A DNA stretch of 64,000 nt from Guillardia theta CCMP2712 (GCF_000315625.1 NW_005434591.1:315086-379085), one strand, 5' to 3'. Shown: positions 42,301-55,105, counted from the first letter of the stretch. The notes: generated from the letters alone by a model not told the origin. Translations and numbers: made by a program.

Positions 42301-45300
42301 GAACGAATGAGTATGCGATACCGTGTGATTCTGAGTGCTTGGAAGCTGAGAACCGTTTACAAAGAAAACAACTTGTCCATTAGGGCGCAAAGTAACAACA
42401 TTCCAACTCCATTCATTGAGGCGAGCTGGAAATTCAGCAACAGCAATAAGTCCAGAGCAGCCGGCTTGAGGAATGACCTATCGGAAACAGATCTCAGTTG
42501 CGTGTTTCGATTAACATTCGACATGCGAACCTCGAAGGTCATTCGTCTCAGCGCGTCTAAAGATAGTCTGATAACATCACCCTGTTGCTGCGATTCCATC
42601 TCAAGAATGACCTGCTCAGACTCTTACAACGCGGACTACTGAAAGCAAAATGACCTGGTTGAAGCTAGAACAGTTCTTGCACTGGGAATGAGAAATGTTG
42701 CATGCAAGCGCAGTTTGATTCCGTTTCCACATCTGTAAGCCATCAGCATCATCATGATCCGACATAAGCCATCGGTCAGGCAGTCAAGTTTCAGACTTAC
42801 TGAGTTTGGATCGCTGCCTGTGGAAGCAACCACAAACTCTCCAAGAGCCTCGAGGTCGCAGGCTGACAGGTTCTGCTCATTGACCGTGGGCAACGGGAAG
42901 GGAAGAGGCTGTAGAAGAAAATCAGTAAAAACCTTCTTTCTTGCACGTGATACCTTGATCCTTAACGATATCGTGAGATCGCCTCCAATGTCTTGTGATA
43001 TGTTGAACCGATCACCACTGCTGTGAGTGTTCCCTTGGTAAGATGCATCCTGCAGTCCCATCAGATTGAAGTAAACAAGAAGTGATAATGATCACTTTAG
43101 AGCACTCAAATCCTGTTTTGCAAGCACAGTCTGACGCTCTTGTTGATCCAGCATCACTAAACAAAATCAGAAGGGAATGATAAACTTTCGAGATCTGGTT
43201 GTGCCTGAAAGACTTTTCCGGACAAGACCGGCATTGACCATCGTGGCTGTAGAAATTCTGATTACATCTACATTCGTATGACCCTGTAAGATTTCATAAG
43301 AAACCTTGAATTCAAAGTGAGTAAAATTATTGACCTGGCGTGTTTATGCACGTAGCATTCAAAGAACAAGCATTGCCGCCATCACATTCGTTAACATCTA
43401 CGCATGTTGTTTTGTTGTCTATCGACATCTCTGCCATGTATCCTCCCGCACAAGAACAATTCATCCATGATAAACTTCCCTCTGGTGAAATCAGTCCGCC
43501 CGGACATGGCGTGCAGGTGGGTCGCGATTCAACTGATGCCCAGAAATGATTTGCTGGGCAAGGCAGGCACGAGTCAAATCCCTGCGACAGTCCGTCAGAT
43601 CGCAAGCTCAGCATCGAGAAACATCGACGGTACCAGCGAGGAACTTTTTCTTACCCTCCCGTCATCGCACACGCAGTCAGATGGTGAGGAGCTTCCAGCT
43701 GCACTCGTCGACCCCACTGGGCAAGCGACGCAGTAACTCTGACCGGACGAGGAGAAGGTGCTTATGGGACATTGGGTGCAATTCAAAGCCCCGCTGCTAT
43801 TCGTGTATTTCCCACCCTCACACAGTTGACAAACGTCAAGCGTTGCCGGGTGATAGTTGTCATCCCCAAAGGTTCCGGGAGGGCAGGGGAGACACGACAG
43901 AGTCTCTTTCACCCAAAAGTACCCTGCTTCACAACAAGCAAGAGCATCAGGCCCAAAGGCAGGCCCTCCTGGACAGAGCTCAGAAACGTTGGCGGAACAT
44001 GCGGTAGCTCCAGGTGTCGACCATTTCCCAGCTTCGCAACCTGTGCAGACTGTCAGGTTGTCCGTTCTGAAAGTCCCAGCTGGACATTCGACACAAGCTT
44101 GCTCAGGAGAAGTAATGAGCCCCTGGTAACCGGCGTTGCAGGTGCAACGATCACTGCTATTCTGACTGGAAGATGCAAAAGGGCATTCCAAACAAGCCGA
44201 AGCCCCAACAGCAGGCGCGAACTTCCCTTCCAAACACATGAAGCAAAGGCCGTTTCCAAATTGACCAGCAGGACAGCAAATCTTAGATGAGATTTCCTGT
44301 TCAGAACAATTGTACAAGAATGAAGATTTGTTTCGAAATGGAATGCCTCTAACAAAGACCTCAAGTGCTTCTTGTCCAGGGATCTTCCAGGTTGGATCTA
44401 TTTCAACTGTATGCATGGGTGTTTCAACAATCAAGTATGCTTCTTTGACGTCAAGAACCACTCCGTCGTATTGGCCAAACGAAATCTTGAACAAGCTCCG
44501 ATCCATGGCCTGTGCGGGAATGCTGGAAATAGCAATTGATACAGCAGAACCTCCGGAGACAGGGCCAGAAGAAGGCAAGACACCCATAATTGACGGCCAT
44601 TGAAAGGCTGACAAAATACCGGCAGGTACAAAGTGTGCTCTGTTTATCGAGACTTCAATCTCAAGCGCAATAAGCTGTTCAGGACGGATATCAATCATGG
44701 GAAGGACTACGATTGCACTCTTTTCCGTTATGACAGTGCCAAACACATCAAAGTATGCTGAACGAATTTCGAGGCCCCCAAGATCTGCTCGAAAGTTTTC
44801 ACCTGTGAGTGTGATGGTCCTCGCAGAATCTTGTGATAAATCCACCGCAAAGTACGGAGGAGATGACATGTTCACAACTGGATCCAGGAAATAATCAAAG
44901 ATGTTTGCTTTCATCGGACTTTGTGCGAACAATACGTTGTGAATGATGACTCCAACTGTAATATTGTCAACTTGAATGAAATCATGAGACGGGACTGCAC
45001 AAACAACTTCATCTCGTGACTTCACTCGAGCGCTCACATTAACTTGGTCCCCAAATACACAGAGAAGAGTCCGATTTGACAATTCCTGATAGTCGTACAA
45101 ATTTAAATTTTCAATTTGAACTGACAAGTTGTATCCTCCAAAATAGTTGCCTCCACGAGGAAAAATGGAGATGATGTTGCAAGGGCAGCCCAGAAGAATC
45201 AGTTCTTTCTCTGAGCGTTCATAATTGGCGATCACATTCCGTGTCAAATTCGTCATTTTCACATATCTCTGAACAACACAGAAGTCGTTTACTATTCTTG

Positions 45301-45833
45301 TGACCGTCTGATTCATGTCTGTTGCAGAAATTGTTGAACTCTCCTTACTTGAAAGTATGTTGAGAACATATATGGAGTTTTCAGCAAAACAAGTAGACTG
45401 AAACTCATTGGAACAGACGAGCCCGAGCTGTTTTTCGTTCTCATCTGCATGCAACAATCTAGTTGCTCCCAGCAGCACGTGCGCTCGCTTGAGTTCCTAT
45501 GCTATCAAGTCAACCACATCAAACGACCTTGTTTCGGATGACAGGGTTTACTCACCTGCAATCTGATGTAGAGATTCGCATACGTCGATTCGTAACTTTG
45601 AAGGTTACAGCTAGCATGGAGTATGTTTTCAATGATAGCAAACTCACTGCGCACACTTGATAGCTGGCTCAGCACTGAGTTGTTCAGCCACGCTTGCTGG
45701 CACGAGGCTTCTTGCGCCTTTTGAGGGAACGTGACTGATGGATAAAATTGACAAACATGCTCACCTCTGCTAGACTGTACAGAGCAAAGAAGAAAACTAC
45801 TATGGCAACATGATATTGACGATCACTGAACAT
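36391..45833 (-). CDS. Giant secreted Cys-rich protein: IPT/TIG, ephrin-receptor-like (CxxCPxGxY) repeats, EGF-Ca, possible LamG-like segment, Asn/Ser-rich linker, C-terminal NHL beta-propeller
   Basis: Signal peptide MFSDRQYHVAIVVFFFALYSLAE. Long ORFs 43595-45478, 38706-41648 and 36391-38751. Dozens of CxxCPAGTY units, DVNECDGGNACSLNATCINTPG, and NHL units such as FSNPVGISV..IADYLNSLIR..VTTVAG. Confidence 0.88.
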
Positions 45834-46287
45834 TTGGTATGTGTTGATAGAATAATGCGGCAGTCAAGAATCTACATAGGATATTCGATTCGAGACTTGA
45901 GAGTTCCAATCTCTAGGTGGAAAGCGTCGTTACACAAGCGATGGTTTAACAGCTCATGGCTATCTGTCGAAACGATTAGATTAGCCTCAAAGTTTGGAGG
46001 ATGGCTTTCGGTTCATATCTAAATAGTGATTTTGCTACATACTTCTTCTTCTTCTATCCATCATCTCTTCTACTCTCATCCCCACTGCCTATCCTTTCAG
46101 CTGCCCCTGCTCTGCCCCATCCCATCACTTGCCTGCCCCTCCCCGGAGATATAGGAGGTCTCGACCTTTCACGTCAAAACACGCAACCCCATATACCACC
46201 TACCCCCCACCATTTTTAATTGTTTCTGGAACAAATAGTTACTCATTACGATTGGCTTATTTTATTTCGAGATCTTTGCAAATTGCC

Positions 46288-49200
46288 ATGGATGGCAGCG
46301 ACGTCGACTTCGAAGCAGATGCTGGTGAGCGATCAAGATAGAAGGAGGAGGAGGAGATGGAAGCAGCGGGGGGAGATGGAGGCAGGAGGAGGAGATGGAG
46401 GCAGGTGGAGGAGATGGCGGCAGGAGGAGATGGCGGGAGGAGGAGGAGAGGGAGGCAGGAGGAGATGGAGGAAGGAGGAGGAGGGAGAGGGAGGCGGGAG
46501 GAGGAGGATATGGCAGCAGGGGGGAGAGAGGCGGGAGGAGGCATGAGAGTGAGGCGGAGGAGGAGGATATGGCAGCAGGGGGGAGAGAGGCGGGAGGAGG
46601 CAGGAGATGGAGGCAGGAGAACGAGGAGATGCAGGCAGCAGGAATGGAGGCAGGAGGAGGAGGATATGGCAGCAGGAGGAGGAGAGGGAGGCAGGAGGAG
46701 GATATGGAGGCAAGAGCAGGATATGGAGGCAGGAGGAGGAAAAGGAGGCAGGAGGAGGAGGAAATGGAGGCAGGCAAGAGGTTGAGAGGGAGGCAGGAGG
46801 AAGAGGAGATGGAGGCAGGAGGAAGAGGAGATGGAGGCAGGCAAGAGGTTGAGAGGGAGGCAGGAGGAGGAGGAGATGGAGGCAGGAGGAAGAGGAGATG
46901 GAGGCAGGAGGAGGATATGGAGGCAGGAGGAGGAGGAGAGGGAAGCAGGCAGGAGGAAATGGGGGCAGGAGGAGGAGGAGATTGAGGTTTTAAAGGAGCA
47001 GCAGCAAGAGAGAAACGGTGGGATAAGAAAATCTCGCGACTATTGCATTTGCCCTACCTTGGCATTTTTATCTCACGCTTCCTGAGAAATACGTCTTAGA
47101 TCAATCATGGTGTTTGACATATGGAGTTGTATCTTCTTAGCTGATGATATTTAGGGTTTAGGATCATGAGTCTTACTTGCTGATAGGACCTGCTCACCAA
47201 GAAAGTGCGTCGAGCGGATCCAGTGTTGACTTCGAAGATGATTATGGCGATCAGCCTCATACAGGAGCTGTGCACCACAACGAAGACATGGTAGTTTTTC
47301 ATTCTTCTCTCCCAGATGTCCAGCGTGGGTCTGACAGAGCTCACAGGGTGAGGGCTCCATCGGCAATGCTGTCAACGATTCTCTGCACTTAGACCGCATG
47401 GTTGCATGGATAGCTTGCATTCAGATGGACCTGCAAGACGCATTGGAGGTTTGTTACAAGGCATCCAAACCTCTCTAGAATCTGACTGTTCTCCTCTATC
47501 AGGAGCACAAGAAGGAGGATCACAACGTGCGCGCACTGGTTCAGCAAATACAAGATCTTCGTGAGAATTTGGTTCCACGGCAAGTTCAAGCTTTAAACTG
47601 TTAATGCAAGGGGACGCCACAGTACGAGATTCATGGAGGCACCTTGAAACGAAGCAGAAGCATGCAGGTTTGTTTTCGAAGCATCATGCCAGCAAGCTTG
47701 TGAATGTTGCTCTGGGTCAGAGCGAATGGCAGAGCTCAATGAGAGGAAGAAATCCCTTCTAGAATTCAGGTAGGCGTCAACGACGCATGTCTAGATTTGA
47801 TAGTTTTTCTAGAATGTTATCAGAACTTGTTCCCAAGAATTCTGACGTCGTTTCGTCAAGACAGAGCGGTATTTCACTTCTTTCTTTGTTGATGTTACTC
47901 CTGCCATGATCATCCGTTGCTCAATCATTGGTTTAGTAGTCTAGATTCAGACTTACCATTTTAAGAACAACCCCCAACAAGACACATGCTTTGAACTGTG
48001 TTCTCATGAATTTCATGTTGAACCTAATTCGTTTCCAGACACCATGTCAGGTGTGAGGCGAGACAGTGATTCGGTAGAATCACCTCAAGTAAGAATACCA
48101 ATGTCCAGCATTTCCGAGACTTTGGTGCTTTTGCTTAGAACCCTCTTCTCTATTACTGATTGTTTCATTCTTTCTGCAGACTGCGTATCTTCCAATATCA
48201 AGAGAATCGGTTTACGCCGCGTTTGCTGGAGTTGGATCAAGTGAAATGCGAGATTGATTTGAGGGACAAGGTTGACCTCACAATCAGGTTCCCCCATATC
48301 GAATCACAACCAGGAAAACTTGGACTCAGAATCAACCGACAGCATCAGATCAAACAGGTTCAACCCTTTGTCACTACTATGAGTTAAAAACTGAATGACG
48401 ATGGCAAGGTCTGTGAAACCAATCAGTTGGGCGAATGAGGAGACAGATAGAAGAAAGGTGAATGGTTTAGCAAGTCAAATACAATTTGAGATTGTTCACC
48501 TTTGTTAGCATATCGACACGGTACTGAAGGGTGAGGAGATTGTAAAGGAAACCAAACCAGATATAGAGTTGGTGTACCCGGAAAAGATGGAACCCCTTGT
48601 TTCTCATGCTTCTGATCAGGTCACTTGATACTTTAGTTGGGCACAACTTAGGCTGCCAAACAGGTGGAAGACGGAGACAGAGGAAGCGAAGAAGAAATCT
48701 CGACTGACGAGGCACAATTCAGTGAAAGCAGCGAATCCATTGGGAGGACGAAGCACAACGATGTTCTAGAACGTTACAAGGAGCAAATCGCTCAACTTGT
48801 TACGGATGCCAAGTTCTTTCGAGAAGCAGGTTCCCTTTCAATCTCGTCGACCTTGATGGTTGACTATGTTGCAGGATGTGATGGCGAATCATTGCTCGAC
48901 GAGCTCATGCAGCAATGCAGTTTTCTCCCGGATGAACAGGCAGTCAAAGTAGTTGTGATATTGTTTGTAACGCTCTTGCAGCATTCCGTCCGAATCGCAC
49001 TGTCTGGCTTATTGTTTAGCCATGACAATGAGGAGTTACAGTCACAAGAGAAATCTCAGGACGAATAAAGTGGATCATGAGTCAGTCAAGTAAGATAGAA
49101 ATGACATGGAATTTTGATGTTCATGGAAATTGTACGATTGACACACCTTGGTCACTCTCTGTTGACCTGTCGACATTAAATAAGAAGAGCAGCAAGGAAC

Positions 49201-49830
49201 GTCTATCAGATGTGTACCTTGTCGAATATCCTTGTCCTCCAACGTTGTCTCTCCTCGTCTTGCCGCCGATACTTACACATTCACTCTCTATCATTCGAAC
49301 GATCCCCGTCACACTTGTTCTTGTTACGACCCTCTACACTTTCTCTTCTCTTTGTTTTCCTCCTTCTCTTCCTCACCTTCCATGCTCCTCGTCCTCTCTC
49401 CTCCACCAGCTCCTTCTCTTCCATGTACGCTTTCATCCTCCCCCTCACTTCCCTTCTTTGCAGATCCAGAGGTTGGAGTGCGGGAGCCGAGAGCGCAGCG
49501 AGGGTTCCAGGTGGAGGAGCATCAGCTTCTGAACATCTTGAGGCAGATGAGAGAGTACAAGAGCTTCGTGTACTACTTGTGCGAGCGAGACTCTGTCCGC
49601 AACCTCCTGCCGACCCTCCAGTCCAAGTTCGAGCTCGCGTCCAAGGCGCTGTCTCAGTTCCTGGAGCATCAGCGGAGGAACTTTCCTCGGCTTTACTTCG
49701 TGGAGGACAAGGACATTATTGAGATGCAGTACGCCTGCGTCAACAACCCCTCCTCCCTCCGCTACTACCTCCCGCTCATCTTTGAGGTGGCCGACCTGTC
49801 CTGGAGGGAGGAAAAGCCTTCTCAGGACGG
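46288..49830 (+). pseudogene. Dynein heavy chain-like gene fragment (DHC_N2 region), truncated before the motor domain
   Basis: The exon at about 49465-49830 encodes KALSQFLEHQRRNFPRLYFVEDKDIIEM, matching the LExKRxxFPRFYFL motif. No AAA modules follow. Linking it to the upstream exons from ATG 46288 is tentative. Confidence 0.6.
46340..46990 (+). repeat. Degenerate AGG/GGCAGGAGGA minisatellite (intronic)
   Basis: Direct reading. Confidence 0.85.
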
Positions 49831-49849
49831 GGAGGAGGAGAGAGGGGAC

Positions 49850-50340
49850 CCGCGCATGCAGCAGGTTCAGGTGCCGACAGGCGGGCCTGAGGCACCCGCA
49901 GGAAGGAAGGCAGTAGGGGGACCAGATCCGGCTCGTCCGCTTGATGGAGGGTATCATCCAGCCGACAGAACAGAGGAGGGGTCGAGAATGTCCAGGTCTG
50001 CTCACAGGGTAGAGGAGCGCTGCAATGTAAGAAGCTGGCCGTGGCGATGTAGTAGGCTGATACGCCATCCCCTCCTAGAGGTGTGAGTCCATCTCCTCCC
50101 TCCTGATATATAGGCGACGTCTGGCTCCCTGGCTTTTCCACACACACCGGGAATGAGCTGGTGCTGGACTTCACGGTGGTCTTCATGCCCACCATGGAGC
50201 TACGCTGATAACGGAGTGGGATGGATGCGTGCAGGAGGCGGTATATGGGGACCCTAATTGCCATCATCTGCGTGCTCGTCTGTTTCGGCAGCGTCGAGCT
50301 CGCATGGGTCTTGCCGTCCTCCTGATCGCTGATCCTCGTT
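49850..50340 (+). pseudogene. Possible decayed 3' fragment of an RLE-type (CRE-like) non-LTR retrotransposon
   Basis: Broken frames give FRCRQAGL, LDGGYH and IGDVWLPGFSTHTGNELVLDFTVVF, resembling the PD/GD..D(V/F)TV restriction-like endonuclease core. Several stops and frameshifts. Confidence 0.3.
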
Positions 50341-50512
50341 CCCCTGCTTGTCGTGGCCCATAGACTCGCTGGTGTGGTTGGAGTAGACTGAGGATTGCGC
50401 TGCCCGATCCCTTCTTGGGCGGACTCGGTGAGGCGGGTTTCGTTCGGTATCTCCCTCTAGCTTGCTCCTGTTTGTCCCTTCCACTTTTAAGTAAAACATC
50501 ATTACCGCTGCC

Positions 50513-51667
50513 ATGGCCAAGAGAGCTCGAGAGCTGGTCGAGGAAGAGACGAATGCAGCTGTAGAAGAAGAGGCTAGGGGGGTGCAAACAAACGTCAACA
50601 AAGTAGATCAAGCCATCACTGATGTAGAGCAAGAGATCAAGGGAGTACAGGACGAGATCAAGGGAGTACAGGACGAGATCAAGGGAGTACAGGACGAGAT
50701 CAAGGGAGTACAGGACGAGATCAAGGGAGTAGTGGACGAGATCAAGGGAGTAGATCAAGTCATGGCGGATGTAGAGCAAGAGATTAGCCAGGCACAAGAC
50801 CCCAATATGAAGGCTGACTTGATCATGAAACGAACGAAGCTTGAAGGTGAAAAGAATCGGCTTGCGGTCCGAGAGACACGTCTTCGAGATGACAAGAGAC
50901 AGCTTCGGAATGACAAGAGACAGCTTCGAGATAAAGAGGCAGGACTTCGAGATAAAGAGGCACGGCTTCGAGAGGAAACGAAGGAAAAGAAGCAGGCAGC
51001 CTTTACCTGGACAGAGTCAGAAGCTCGGCTTGACGGCATGGGCTTTTGCAAGGAGGACAAATACTTCCGTCTAGCTTGCTCTTACTTAAAGGGCACAAAT
51101 GTAAACAGCGGAGAGCATCTTCTTCTTGTGATGATCATTATCCTGGGTGTGGTTCATGTGTACATGCACATGACGTCCAGTCCGGTGAAGAGTATCACGC
51201 CGTTGCAAGACAACATCTGTCCCTTGCAGACGCGATACAATGATACTCTGTTGAGGCATTTTCCAGTGCCACCCAACATTACGGAGCCAGTCCAGCAGGA
51301 GCAAAAGCCGAGCCCCCAGAAGAACGATACCGTGCGGCCAACCCAGGATCAGAAGCAGCCAATCCAGGAGGAACAGAAGCCGCAGGCCCCCCCAAAGGAA
51401 GGGAATCAGTCTGAGACACGCCAGGAGGAGCAGAAGACTTCAACTGCAGATCACGAGAATGTGAACCAGAAAGAACAGAAATGGACTGTCTTCAGTTCGT
51501 TGCATCTTCCCCGCATCGACCTTGTTCGCCTGTCGGTCCCTGTCGGGACGCTTGCCATCGCAATCGCTTCTCGCGTCACCTACAACTCGATCATGCAGCG
51601 CCGTGCGTACTACAAGAAGCTGAATGATGATTTAGATGCGATCATCAACAGAAAGCCGTTGTGGTAA
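50513..51667 (+). CDS. Intronless, apparently chimeric ORF: heptad coiled-coil N-terminus fused to a TM / Q-E-P-rich / TM segment
   Basis: 21-bp repeat encoding IKGVQDE about x5 (50638-50750), LRDxxxxLR repeats, an abrupt change at about 51128 to MIIILGVVHVY, and AATAAA at 51688. Confidence 0.6.
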   Translation: MAKRARELVEEETNAAVEEEARGVQTNVNKVDQAITDVEQEIKGVQDEIKGVQDEIKGVQDEIKGVQDEIKGVVDEIKGVDQVMADVEQEISQAQDPNMKADLIMKRTKLEGEKNRLAVRETRLRDDKRQLRNDKRQLRDKEAGLRDKEARLREETKEKKQAAFTWTESEARLDGMGFCKEDKYFRLACSYLKGTNVNSGEHLLLVMIIILGVVHVYMHMTSSPVKSITPLQDNICPLQTRYNDTLLRHFPVPPNITEPVQQEQKPSPQKNDTVRPTQDQKQPIQEEQKPQAPPKEGNQSETRQEEQKTSTADHENVNQKEQKWTVFSSLHLPRIDLVRLSVPVGTLAIAIASRVTYNSIMQRRAYYKKLNDDLDAIINRKPLW

Positions 51668-51768
51668 ACCCGTTTTGCTAGTGTTGCAATAAAGTACGTT
51701 CAATATCTACTCCCGGTGAGCGCGATGTATAAAGGGGTGGTTGGCTGGGCGGTGGGGTGTGGTGGGAT

Positions 51769-53449
51769 ATGGGGGGTGGGGCACGGTGGGCGCTTGCCGG
51801 CTCCTGCCTCCTGGCGTGGCTCGGGGGCGTGTCGGGGCAGGGCTTCATGCCGGTCCACGGGAGCATCAACGTGATGCCCACGGCTGCGCTGCACTCGGCA
51901 TCGAGCGTGTCGTACGACTACGCCGCGCGGGTGTGGTCGATCCAGCTGACCTTCGACGCCGGGGTGGCAGGGGTGCCGTACGCGCCCTTCCTGCTCGACC
52001 AGCGGCGGGACACGGGGCCGAGCCTCAACTTCCTCTCGGAGGTGGCGCCGTGGTGCGGGCTGGTGCGCTCCTACTGCTGCTTCGAGGACCTCCTCAACGG
52101 CACGCTCTACTTCAACGACGCGCTGGCCTCCGCCGTCTCCGGGCTGGGCGCGTGCGCCTCGGCGCCGGGGGCGTGGGCCGCGGCGCTGGCCGACCCCTCG
52201 GCGTACGGCGGGGTCCGGCCCGCGGGCAACGTCACGTTCGACTTCGCGGGCAACACGCTGCGCATCCCGCACGAGCAGGCGCAGCTGTACGGGCGCGAGT
52301 ACCTGGACCAGAACAACAACTACGTCGTGGACCTCCGCTTCCTCGCGGTGTTCCAGTCGGCGGCGGCGGGGGTGCTGGAGCTCGCATGGGTGCCGTACCA
52401 GGCCGTGCTGCTCCGCGACATCGACGGGCTCTTCGGGCGCTCGTACGAGGACGTGCGGCAGTGCGTGGCGGCGCCCTACCCGAGCCCGGCCGACTCCTTC
52501 TGGCTGGCGCGCTACGCCTCCCCCGCCTCGGCGGACAAGGTGTGCGAGTGGTACTGCAACCTGGGGCGCTACAGCTTCCCGCTCCACGCGGCGCAGGCGG
52601 AGAGGCTGGCCGCCCGCGCGGGGCATCGCCGTGGGGTACAGCCTGTGGCTGCTGATGAACACGACGGAGCTGTCGCGGGCGCTGGGAGCGGACGTCGTGC
52701 CGCGCAACCTGACGATGGAGTCGGCGCCGACGGTGCCGGCCTGGCTGGACTCGGTGGCGGCCAACATGAGCGCGGGCATCGCGGAGCAGGTGGCGAGCAT
52801 CGCGGGGAGGGCGGTCGGGGTGCGGGCGCTGGCGGAGCTGCACAACACCCAGTACGCGCGGGAGTGGCGGGTCTACATGCACACGCTGAGGGCCGTGTAC
52901 GAGCGGCTGAACCCCGGCAGCGCCGTGGCGGGGCTCGAGACCGTGTTCCTGCGGGAGAGCGCCTCGCAGCCGTACGCGTTCCCGCCCTGGCTGCAGCAGA
53001 TGGGGGTGTTCGACCGGGAGGGCACGGTCGCGGTGGCGGACTACCCGGTCGCGAGGCGGTCGGGCCCGCGCGTGGGCCTGCAGCGGCGCGGCGGGCGGAG
53101 GCAGGCGCTGCCCGCGGCCCCCATCGACGCGGTGGCGATGGAGATGGTCGTCTTCCTCGACACGCAGGGGCTGACGGTGGGGGAGGTGGTCAACTCGATC
53201 TTCCAGGCGGGGGTGGCGATGGTGAACTCCACCTCGCTCCGGGGGCTGTGGGGGATGGACATCTTCGTGCGGGAGCTGACCGTGCGGGTGGAGCCCGTGG
53301 GGAGCCGGTTCCAGGGCGGCTTCCTGGTCTCCTTCCTCCTGCTCGGGGCCGCGGGGGCCGCGCTGGCGTGCCTGGGGTGCTACGCCCTGTCCGTCCCGCC
53401 CTACGAGCGCCTGCGCAGGGCTCCGGGCTCGTATGCAGACGCGGGTTGA
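51769..53449 (+). pseudogene. GC-rich intronless type I membrane glycoprotein gene with one frameshift at about 52600-52630
   Basis: TATAAA at 51728. Signal peptide MGGGARWALAGSCLLAWLGGVSG and a CEWYCNLG motif. Sensible protein continues in frame 52631-53449 and ends in TM GFLVSFLLLGAAGAALACLGCYAL. Confidence 0.65.
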
Positions 53450-53509
53450 AATTCCGAGCGTATTTAGGGCGGGAGGCCGCGCCGCACCCCATGGTTGCTG
53501 GCGGCCGGT

Positions 53510-53914
53510 ATGTCGTACAGGCAGTCCTCGAAGCAGGTGGAGCGCCACAAGCACGTGGGCGAGCTGGACAACCTTCATCGCTTTGAGAGCGAGGCCATCG
53601 TGACGACCGTCAACGAGATCGCCGAGGGGGGGCTGAGGCCGCGGACGCAGCTGCTGGACGCCGCGGACTGCCACACGCTGGTGCGGGCCACGCTGACGCT
53701 GGGCGGGGTGGGCGGCGGCGGGGAGGATGGGGCGGGGACCGTGCTGGCCTCGGCGATGATGAAGGTGCCCGTGGGCGTGCCGAGCGGGGCGGACGCGGCG
53801 ACCTCCGCGGCGCTGCTGTCGAAGATGCTCGGCCCCAACAGCGGCCTCTTCGCGGGGCACGAAGACGCGCGGACGGCGATGCTCCGGCACCTCCGCGGCC
53901 TGTTTAGGGTTTAG
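53510..53914 (+). pseudogene. GC-rich intronless ORF truncated by telomere addition
   Basis: MSYRQSSKQVERHKH... reads directly into CTG-TTTAGGG, and the stop is supplied by the telomeric repeat. TATTTA at 53461. Confidence 0.6.
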
Positions 53915-53958
53915 GGTTTAGGGTTTAGGGTTTAGGGTTTAGGGTTTAGGGTTTAGGG
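53903..53958 (+). repeat. Interstitial telomeric tract (TTTAGGG)8
   Basis: Direct reading. Confidence 0.98.
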
Positions 53959-55105
53959 GGCCCCTGACAGAGGCAGGGGCCCCTGACAGAGGCATGCTGC
54001 TCTGCGGCGCGTAGGGAGAGCGCAAGAGGACCGGAGGAAGCTGCGAGCAAGAGGTTTGTATAGTTCAAACAGCTTTCTAAGCATGGTACTACAGTATGAT
54101 GAGAGCGTTCGCAACCTGCTGTATCGGAGATCATGCCAATACACGCAGGGCGAGCGCTCTGGAGGCCACGTCGAAGAGGCCGCCGACCTCGTCGAGAGGG
54201 TGAAGAACTTCGCGAAGCGGTATCCTGGTAGTAGGACAGCTCATGCTTGCAGAGCTGAGGGGGGATGCACCCCCGACGCTATCGCTGAAGCCATCCGCTC
54301 AACATGTCGGCAGGCGAGACGCGACCTGTTTGAAGACTCTCTGAGGGAATGGAGCTCAGAGTCGAGAGCATGGTTTATACAACAGATGGAGGAGGCCAAG
54401 AAGCAGAATGTCGAGACATACATCGGCACAGAAGGCACCGAGGGGACCTCCTTCATCTCCATGACTCTCCTGGGCATCTCCTCGATGTATGTTCGACAAG
54501 AAGACAAGTTGAAATCGAAGCTTATGGAGCTAGGTCTCATGGTAGACTCAGTCGATGGCACCTTACAGACCTGAGATAGCACGAGCAGACGACATCTCAG
54601 TCACCGTCTCCTTCCTTCGGAATGAAGCAGCCATGGAGCTATGGGAAGGCAGGAGAGAATACTGCATAGACGGCAGATCGTTCAGAGCCACAGAGGTGAG
54701 CATTGCACATGACCGGTCCTTCAAGCTTCGAGCCAAGCGAGGACCTTGGGGCAAGGGAGGGAGCCTTGCCGAGCTATCACAGCTCTTAGCTCTTGGAGGA
54801 ATGTCGACGGCCGACATAGCTCAGATCTATCGATTTCAGCTGCTCTCGCAATCTCTTGCAGCCGCAGAGGTACAACCACTTGCGGGCATGCTCGTGCAGG
54901 GTCCTGGGGGCAAGTACTGGCACTCTCCAGCAAAAAGAGCTGGAGTGGGTGCTCAGCTCGCCTTCGACGGCAAGTTGCGAGCAGACCTTGGCCTCGTTCA
55001 GAGAGAGCGAGGCGATGGAGGGGGTACATCTCACTCTCATCAGCGACGACGCCAAGCTCAGAGAGACGTTTGCAGTCGAGCTCACAGCCGACACCTTCGT
55101 TCCTA
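53959..55105 (+). mobile_element. Telomere-associated element copy 1 (degenerate, 3'-truncated by piggyBac)
   Basis: About 2 copies of the 19-bp unit AGGGGCCCCTGACAGAGGC, a uORF at 53994 and ORF1 from 54083, clearly homologous to 60699-62846. Two deletion frameshifts at about 54553 and 54915. Homology ends at TADTFV. Confidence 0.85.

Noticed and set aside
51700-53890. Long antisense and alternate-frame ORFs (382, 552, 304 aa and the 3' half of the 609-aa ORF)
   Set aside because: Shadow ORFs caused by very high GC. The plausible protein is the frameshifted 51769-53449 product.
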